Made by a program: the position numbers and the translations under genes
Shown: positions 57,691 through 64,000 of the stretch, in pieces
How the letters are laid out: every line of letters starts with the position of its first letter
Position numbering within the stretch: position 1 is the stretch's first letter
The notes under the pieces: model-generated
What the model was told of the DNA's origin: nothing
Databases searched by the model: none
Seen by the model: the letters and a program-made list of their open reading frames with translations, nothing else
NCBI GenBank assembly: GCA_965204725.1
Contig: OZ242005.1
Span: 1,760,001-1,824,000, forward strand
Direction: 5' to 3'
Source: Candidatus Latescibacterota bacterium
GTDB taxonomy: Bacteria > Latescibacterota > UBA2968 > UBA8231
Length of the DNA stretch: 64,000 nucleotides

Positions 57691-58521
57691 ATGAAGAAGT
57701 TGTCCGTTGGTGGGTTGGCTTTAGCATTGCTAGTCCTAGTAAACGAAAACACCTCTGCCCAAGAGCAGCAGATGACCTGTGAGGAATACATGGCTCTGGG
57801 GCACGAGATCGTCAACCGCGAAGCCGCGGCCAACACCGAAATCGAAGCACTTAGTGCCCAGCTCGAAGCACTTAAAATGCAGATCGCCCAGCTCGACCGG
57901 GCCAATGCCGAGCTCAATGCCCAGATTCTCGCAGCAGTGGGCCACTCCGAATCCGAAGTTATGGCCTTTGGGCGCGAGCTCGACGCCATTATCGCCCAGC
58001 TCGAAGGTCTGATGGCACTAGCTCCCGAAGTACTCATCATGCAGCGCGGTGAAGTCATGGCCATCGACTCCCGGGTTGCCAAACTCAAGCAGACCAACAT
58101 GGCCGCCTTGCCCGAAATGCTCGACAAGCTATCTACCATAGACCAGCTACTCGCCGAGCTCAAAGCACGCATAGCTCAGCCCGTGGTCATCGACTACAAA
58201 GTCGTGCGGGGCGACAATCTGTGGAACATCTCCAAAAAGGACCAAATCTACGCCGATCCTTATATGTGGCCTCGCATATACCGAAAAAACAAGGAGCAAA
58301 TCAAAGACCCTGATTTAATCTACCCCAAACAAGTCTTGGCCGTGCCGTTTGGAGTAGCCGAAAATCAGTATTTGGTCTCCCGCGGAGACTTCCTCTTCAA
58401 AATTGCCGCCGAGCTTTACAACAATGCCGGCAAATGGCATAAAATCTACGAGGCCAACAAGCAGCAAATCATCGCGCCAGACTTGATTTTTCCTGCTCAA
58501 GTCCTCGACATTCCCCAGTAA
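57691..58521 (+). CDS. Secreted coiled-coil protein with two LysM domains
   Basis: YKVVRGDNLWNIS..PDLIYPKQVL and YLVSRGDFLFKIA..PDLIFPAQVL. Confidence 0.9.
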   Translation: MKKLSVGGLALALLVLVNENTSAQEQQMTCEEYMALGHEIVNREAAANTEIEALSAQLEALKMQIAQLDRANAELNAQILAAVGHSESEVMAFGRELDAIIAQLEGLMALAPEVLIMQRGEVMAIDSRVAKLKQTNMAALPEMLDKLSTIDQLLAELKARIAQPVVIDYKVVRGDNLWNISKKDQIYADPYMWPRIYRKNKEQIKDPDLIYPKQVLAVPFGVAENQYLVSRGDFLFKIAAELYNNAGKWHKIYEANKQQIIAPDLIFPAQVLDIPQ

Positions 58522-58556
58522 CCAAAACTACTTGATCTAAATAAATTTCAAGACTT

Positions 58557-58607
58557 AAAGGGGTTTGATCCTGCCGCTAGGCCCGGCAGGATTTCAAACC
58601 CCTTTTT
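58557..58607 (+). terminator. Intrinsic terminator
   Basis: aaaggggtttga-tcctgccg..cggcagga-tttcaaacccctttt. Confidence 0.75.
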
Positions 58608-58630
58608 GTATTTTTATATAGGTACAGGGC

Positions 58631-59587
58631 ATGAGGGACATTTCCATTGCCGGCATAGATCGCCGCTCTCTCTTCGGGCGCAACGATCAGCACTTAGCAC
58701 ATATCGAAAAGAGATACGGAATCCGCCTAGTTGCCCGCGGCGACACGCTCACGCTTAAAGGATCCGATGCCTCCGTGCGCGAGGCCGATGGCTTCCTCAG
58801 TCAGCTCATAAAACGCATGCGCCACGGCCCGCCGCTCGAAGTAGCCGAGTTAGAGGCCTTGATCCACTCTAATCCATCCCCGCCCAAAGGCACTCACAGC
58901 CCCCTCTCAAGCCCCGCAGCGCATACTTATAAAACGGCCATCTACGCCCGCACCGAGGGGCAAGCGAAATATCTCGCAGCAATCGACAACAACGACGTGG
59001 TCTTCAGTATCGGCCCAGCGGGCACCGGCAAGACGTACTTAGCGGTGGCCATGGCTGTTGCCGCCCTGCGGCAGAAGCAAATCTCGCGCATCCTGCTCGC
59101 CCGGCCGGCAGTAGAAGCCGGTGAAAAGCTCGGTTTTTTACCGGGCTCTTTTGAGGACAAGGTCGACCCCTATTTGCGCCCGCTCTACGACGCGCTACAG
59201 GATCTCATGGAACCTGAGCGGCTGCGGCGGATGCAGGATATGAAAATTGTCGAAGTCGTGCCGCTGGCCTACATGCGCGGCCGCACCCTCAACGATTCGT
59301 TTATTATTCTCGACGAGGCCCAAAATACTACTCCTCAGCAGATGAAGATGTTTCTCACCCGGCTGGGCAGCCACTCAAAGGCCGTAGTTACTGGCGATAT
59401 TACCCAGACCGACCTCAGCGATGACCAGCCCTCGGGCTTAGTCGTCGCGCCCAAAATTCTGACCGGGATCGCCGGCTTGGCCTTTGTTCGGCTCAACGAG
59501 CAGGATGTGGTGCGCAACCCGCTCGTACAGAAGATCATCAAAGCCTACGACCGCTATGACGAAAGCCACGCCTCGGCCGATTCATGA
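58631..59587 (+). CDS. phoH: PhoH-family ATPase
   Basis: GPAGTGKTYLA, LGFLPG, YMRGRTL, DEAQN. Confidence 0.93.
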   Translation: MRDISIAGIDRRSLFGRNDQHLAHIEKRYGIRLVARGDTLTLKGSDASVREADGFLSQLIKRMRHGPPLEVAELEALIHSNPSPPKGTHSPLSSPAAHTYKTAIYARTEGQAKYLAAIDNNDVVFSIGPAGTGKTYLAVAMAVAALRQKQISRILLARPAVEAGEKLGFLPGSFEDKVDPYLRPLYDALQDLMEPERLRRMQDMKIVEVVPLAYMRGRTLNDSFIILDEAQNTTPQQMKMFLTRLGSHSKAVVTGDITQTDLSDDQPSGLVVAPKILTGIAGLAFVRLNEQDVVRNPLVQKIIKAYDRYDESHASADS

Positions 59588-61824
59588 ACGCGCTTAAATT
59601 CAAGTGGTTTGGCTCCAGACGCCGCAGCAATCAGCCCCAACCTTGGCACCCGCATAGCTTGCGAGTGTTCCACATCGCTTTAGCCGGTCTAGTCATCGGC
59701 CTGCTCACCTATTTATCACCCTACCAGCGTCCCTACAATGTCGCCCAACTGCGAGTCGGCAGCGTCGCTCAAGAGCGCGTCGAAGCCCCTTTTCTCTTTC
59801 ACGTGCCCAAGAGCGAGGCCGAACTAGAACGCGAACGGCAAGCGGCAACCGCTGAGATTCCCACTATTTTGCACCGCGATCCCCTAGTTCAAGCGCAGCA
59901 ACTAGCTCGGCTAGACTCGGTCTTTGCGGTGATGATCCCCAACATCCGGGTGCAGATGGCCGATTCGCTCAAGCAACGCGCCCTCCAGCGCACCCTCCCG
60001 CGAATCATTGGTTCGCTCTCGCTCGATGCCCTTTCGACCCTCATCGACGTTCTCTCCACGGCCAGCGAACCTTATGTACGCGATTTCCAAGCCATCTGTC
60101 GGCAGATTCTGGCCAATTACTATACCGCGGGCATCATCGCCTCCAAACAACCGATCCTCCTAAGCCCTTCGGCCCAAGTCCGCCTCGGCGAGCGGGAACA
60201 GCACATAGAAACCCTCTACAGCGAGGAAAAGCTCAAACAAGGCGAATTAATCTCGCGCATCCAAACGTATCACACCATCTCCAACCGCGACGCCGTCCAA
60301 GCGGTACACGAGCTCCTAAGCCTCTTTGTGGTACCCAATCTGACCATTGACGAGCCGGAGACTGCTCGCCTCAGAGACGCGGCACGGCGCGGTGTAGCCA
60401 GTATCAAGCGGATCTATGCCCAAGACGACCTCATTGTCGATAAGCACGCGACCGTCACCGCAGAGCACGTCGATGCACTTGACGCACTCGCTGCCCGCAT
60501 CGCCCAAGAGCAATCCCAACATCCGATCAAGCACCTGATCCAAGTGGCGGCGACCGCGACTATATCCGGCTTCCTGATCTTCGTCCTCGGCTACTTTCTC
60601 GCTACGCATGAACGCACTGTTTTCGGCCAGCCCGGCCAGCTCGTCCTCTTAGCCATTCTGATCGTGACCACGGCCGCCGTGGCCTCTTATATCAAAACGC
60701 ACGATCTTTCCCCCTACTGGGCACCGATCCCCCTAGCCGCTATGTTGGCGACTATTCTGTTGACGCCCCAAATTGGCTTGGTGCTCTCGTTTGTGCTCGC
60801 GCTCTTTGTCGGCAACCTCTTCGCCGACTTCTACGCGGCCATAACCTGTGCTCTAACAGCGGCCATAGCCGTCTATGCGGTGCGGCACGTGCGCCACCGC
60901 AATCAATTCTACCGCCCCATGATCTTCCTGCCGATCTCGTACGCGTTGCTCATCGCGGCGGCCGACCTGTTGCGCTTCTTCCCAATCGAGCAGATATACG
61001 GGCATATCTTACCCGGCATCGTCATCGGCGCGGCCGCCCCCATTCTCACTATCGGCCTGCTACCGATCTTTGAAAGCCTCTTTCACATTACCACAGACAT
61101 CACCCTGCTGGAGTTGTCGGATCCCAACCGGACCTTGCTCCGCCAATTAGCCATCCGGGCGCCGGGGACCTATACCCACAGCCTGATTATGGCCAACCTC
61201 TCCGAGAGTGCGGCCGAGGCCATTACCGCCAATCCGCTCTTGGCCCGCGTCGGCTGTTATTACCACGATATTGGCAAAATGAGCAAGCCAGAGTACTTCA
61301 GCGAAAATCAGGGCTTGCAAGGCGGGCGCAACCCCCACGATCAGCTAATGCCCTACCTGAGTATGCTCATCATCGCCTCGCACGTCCGCGAGGGGCTTGA
61401 GCTGGCCGAGGAACACGGCCTCCCCCAATCCATCTGCGACTTGATCTCCCAGCACCACGGCACTACCGTCATCGAGTACTTTTACGAGCGCGCGGTGGAA
61501 TTGGGCGACCAGAGCGTACGCGAGGAAGATTTCAAGTACAACGGCCCTAAGCCCCAGACCAAAGAAGCGGGCATCCTGATGTTGGCCGACTCCGTCGAAG
61601 CGGCGGCCCGCACCCTCGCCGAGCGCACCCCCAGCCGGACGCGCCAGTTAGTGCATAAAATTATCCAGCAGAAATTCACCGCCGGCGAACTCGATGAATG
61701 CACGCTAACCCTGCGGGATTTGCTTAAAATAGAGGACAGCTTCATTCGCGTACTGATGGGCATCCTACACAGCCGGATGGAATACCCTTGGCAAAAGGCC
61801 AATCGCAAATGGAGTACCGTCTAG
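59584..61824 (+). CDS. 7TM-HD phosphohydrolase (PgpH/YqfF-like)
   Basis: 7TM region, APGTYTHS, YYHDIGK, QHHGT, MLADSVEAA. Confidence 0.9.
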   Translation: MNALKFKWFGSRRRSNQPQPWHPHSLRVFHIALAGLVIGLLTYLSPYQRPYNVAQLRVGSVAQERVEAPFLFHVPKSEAELERERQAATAEIPTILHRDPLVQAQQLARLDSVFAVMIPNIRVQMADSLKQRALQRTLPRIIGSLSLDALSTLIDVLSTASEPYVRDFQAICRQILANYYTAGIIASKQPILLSPSAQVRLGEREQHIETLYSEEKLKQGELISRIQTYHTISNRDAVQAVHELLSLFVVPNLTIDEPETARLRDAARRGVASIKRIYAQDDLIVDKHATVTAEHVDALDALAARIAQEQSQHPIKHLIQVAATATISGFLIFVLGYFLATHERTVFGQPGQLVLLAILIVTTAAVASYIKTHDLSPYWAPIPLAAMLATILLTPQIGLVLSFVLALFVGNLFADFYAAITCALTAAIAVYAVRHVRHRNQFYRPMIFLPISYALLIAAADLLRFFPIEQIYGHILPGIVIGAAAPILTIGLLPIFESLFHITTDITLLELSDPNRTLLRQLAIRAPGTYTHSLIMANLSESAAEAITANPLLARVGCYYHDIGKMSKPEYFSENQGLQGGRNPHDQLMPYLSMLIIASHVREGLELAEEHGLPQSICDLISQHHGTTVIEYFYERAVELGDQSVREEDFKYNGPKPQTKEAGILMLADSVEAAARTLAERTPSRTRQLVHKIIQQKFTAGELDECTLTLRDLLKIEDSFIRVLMGILHSRMEYPWQKANRKWSTV

Positions 61825-62267
61825 ATAGAGCTAGGCCCCTTCGCATCCTCCACGACGCGGGCCTCGCTTCCCTGCCGGCCGATGAGCTCGCAGCCCTGCA
61901 CCACATCGCCGCGCAGGTCGCCTGCGTTCACGCGCTGCCGGACGCAGTCCAGCTAGTTCTCATTGACGACGACTACATGAACCATCTCAACGCGACCTAT
62001 CGCAGCAAGCAGGGCACGACGGACGTCTTGTCTTTCGACTTGGGTGCCATACCGGGTCAGGGCAGTAGTGGCGAAGTGTACATCTCTCTGCCCCAAGCCC
62101 AGCGGCAAGCCGCTGCCCTCAGCGTCTCGCCCTTAGTGGAACTAGCCCGCCTGTTGGTACACGGCTTACTGCACCTCGCGGGCTGGATGCACGACACGCC
62201 CGAGCAACTAGCCGCTATGGAACGCGAAACCGATCACTTCCTTACCACCGCTTCCCTCTCCCTCTAA
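61809..62267 (+). CDS. ybeY: rRNA maturation endoribonuclease YbeY
   Basis: LNATYR..TDVLSF, HGLLHLAGWMH. Confidence 0.9.
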   Translation: MEYRLDRARPLRILHDAGLASLPADELAALHHIAAQVACVHALPDAVQLVLIDDDYMNHLNATYRSKQGTTDVLSFDLGAIPGQGSSGEVYISLPQAQRQAAALSVSPLVELARLLVHGLLHLAGWMHDTPEQLAAMERETDHFLTTASLSL

Positions 62268-62305
62268 GCAGCCTTGGCCGGCCGCTTTACCCGAAAGGAG
62301 CCTTT

Positions 62306-63640
62306 TTGGAACCCCCACAAGTTGACTTATCCTCGGTCGCGTACGCCGCACTGGTCAGCGCGATCAGCCTCGGCTGGCTCTTCTTGGTAGCCAGCTATGA
62401 GGCTACCTTCGCCATTCTCTCCAAATCCGTGCTGGAGAAAATGGCCGAAAACGGCGTATCGCATGCGCGCACCATGCTCCGCATCTACGAGCCGCGCCTG
62501 CGCCTGCGCCTGATGACCCGCCTCGGCGAGACCATTGGCGTCACCGTCCTCGCCCTCGCCTTGTTCTTTCTCGTGCAGGCCCTCCTAGTGCCGTACGCCC
62601 TTTCGAGCTATATCCCGGCGGCAGTAGCCTTATTGGGGGCGCTAGGGCTTTTCATGATCGTGGCGACGCCCCGCCGCATTCGCTTTGACGAAGAGGGCGA
62701 CGAAGTGCGCATACCCGTCATCGCCTTGGCCTATACGCCGGTACACCCCCTGCTCCTGCCCTTGACCAACCTCCTCGAACTCCTCAGTAGTTTTGACTAC
62801 AGCGACGAGGACTTTCGCGCTGAAAAGGAGGAGGAACTGCGCAGCATCGTCGAGTCAGAAGGCGAGTCTGGCGTTTTAGAAGAAGGCGAGCGCGAGATGA
62901 TTGAGAGCGTCTTTGGCTTCCACGACCGCATCGTCCGCGAAGTCATGGTCCCTCGCGTCGATATGATCGCCATCGAACAATCGGCCTCCCTGCAAAATTT
63001 GCTCGATCTCATTCGGGACAAGGGGCACTCGCGCCTGCCCATCTATCGGGAAAGTCTCGACCACATCCAAGGGCTGATTTACGCCAAAGATCTGCTGCAT
63101 ATCTTGGTGTCGCGGCCCGACGTCGATCTAGCGACGCCCATAAACCAACTACTGGCCAGCCGGCAAGAGGGCGATTTGCGTTTTACCCACGAGCCTTATT
63201 ACATCCCCGAGACCAAGAAAATCGACGTCCTGCTCAACGACCTGAGAGCCAACAAAATTCGCCTCGCCATCGTCCTCGACGAATACGGCGGCACGGCGGG
63301 CTTGGTCACCACCGAGGACCTCGTCGAGGAAATCGTCGGGGAGCTGCAAGACGAGTACGACGAGGAAGAGGAGTTGCACCATTGGCAGGTCCCCGGCGAG
63401 GTGCTCATCGCCAATGCCCGCATCGACATAGACGATCTCAACGAGTTGCTTTCCACGGACCTGCCCCGGGCGGGTTTTGAAACCCTTGGCGGATTTATCT
63501 ATGACCACTTGGGGAGCATCCCCGCGGCGGGCTTAGTCTTTACGGTCGATCATCTAGATCTAGAGCTCGACATCCTCAAGGTCGAGGGCCAGCGCATCGC
63601 CCAAGTCAAACTCCGGCGCTTGGCTCCGGTCGCCGATTGA
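62306..63640 (+). CDS. Hemolysin/CorC family protein (DUF21-CBS-CorC)
   Basis: VREVMVPR, HSRLPIY, DEYGGTAGLVTTEDLVEEIVGE. Confidence 0.9.
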   Translation: MEPPQVDLSSVAYAALVSAISLGWLFLVASYEATFAILSKSVLEKMAENGVSHARTMLRIYEPRLRLRLMTRLGETIGVTVLALALFFLVQALLVPYALSSYIPAAVALLGALGLFMIVATPRRIRFDEEGDEVRIPVIALAYTPVHPLLLPLTNLLELLSSFDYSDEDFRAEKEEELRSIVESEGESGVLEEGEREMIESVFGFHDRIVREVMVPRVDMIAIEQSASLQNLLDLIRDKGHSRLPIYRESLDHIQGLIYAKDLLHILVSRPDVDLATPINQLLASRQEGDLRFTHEPYYIPETKKIDVLLNDLRANKIRLAIVLDEYGGTAGLVTTEDLVEEIVGELQDEYDEEEELHHWQVPGEVLIANARIDIDDLNELLSTDLPRAGFETLGGFIYDHLGSIPAAGLVFTVDHLDLELDILKVEGQRIAQVKLRRLAPVAD

Positions 63641-63701
63641 GAGGGTTGCGCCCATCTGCCCCATCCTTTAGATTAGTAGCTAACATAAATACATAGCTTG
63701 T

Positions 63702-63778
<77 letters not shown>

Positions 63779-63782
63779 CCTT

Positions 63783-63814
63783 TCAGGGAGTCGCTCGCGG
63801 CTCCCTGATTTTTT
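63783..63814 (+). terminator. Intrinsic terminator after tRNA-fMet
   Basis: tcagggagtcgc-tc-gcggctccctga followed by tttttt. Confidence 0.8.
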
Positions 63815-63816
63815 CT

Positions 63817-64000
63817 ATGCCTATCTACAATAAGGTTCCCGACAATCCCACCGCCGCCCCGGCCGAGCGCATCCGTCTCGACGAACGCTTCGTATCCTTG
63901 CTCGTCGCTGAAGACGCCCAAGCCCGCCTCGAAGCCCAAGAGCTGCGCCAGCTCGTCCATCGCGCCCTCCAATCCCTTTCCGCCGACGAGATGCGCGTTA
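63817..64000 (+). CDS. Partial ORF, possibly leading into a sigma70 region-4-like domain
   Basis: ELRQLVHRALQSLSADEMRV at window edge. Confidence 0.45.
   Translation, partial: MPIYNKVPDNPTAAPAERIRLDERFVSLLVAEDAQARLEAQELRQLVHRALQSLSADEMRV

Overview
Bacterial chromosomal window of about 60% GC. Its taurine-type ABC transporter, ankyrin repeats, Ig-repeat autotransporter, sulfotransferase and many TA modules resemble uncultured host-associated (e.g. sponge-symbiont) bacteria; that is inference only. The housekeeping backbone comprises the end of a cytochrome c oxidase operon, argG, mdh, a SigA-type sigma factor, hemW, lepA, rpsT, a cysM-mec-cysO-cysK block, aspS, phoH-7TM/HD-ybeY-corC, and tRNAs for Lys, Tyr and fMet. 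The most striking accessory feature is a toxin-antitoxin array at about 1.8-5.8 kb, downstream of a groES-like gene. It contains the same unusual layout twice: toxin A, then one fused protein [antitoxin A + central sensor-like domain + antitoxin B], then toxin B. The two cases are BrnT-[CopG-like/ankyrin/HicB]-HicA and DUF4160-[DUF2442/coiled-coil/ATL-like/VapB-like]-VapC. Each module sits behind a copy of the groES 3' end. Other accessory features are a duplicated promoter-gene-terminator cassette for small coiled-coil membrane proteins, a C5-methylase/GIY-YIG pair, an orphan ExbB/ExbD-like motor cluster, domain-shuffled exported paralogues, an IS5-family element, a MITE, and a 15-repeat Ig autotransporter. 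All family assignments come from reading motifs by eye; no database searches were run.
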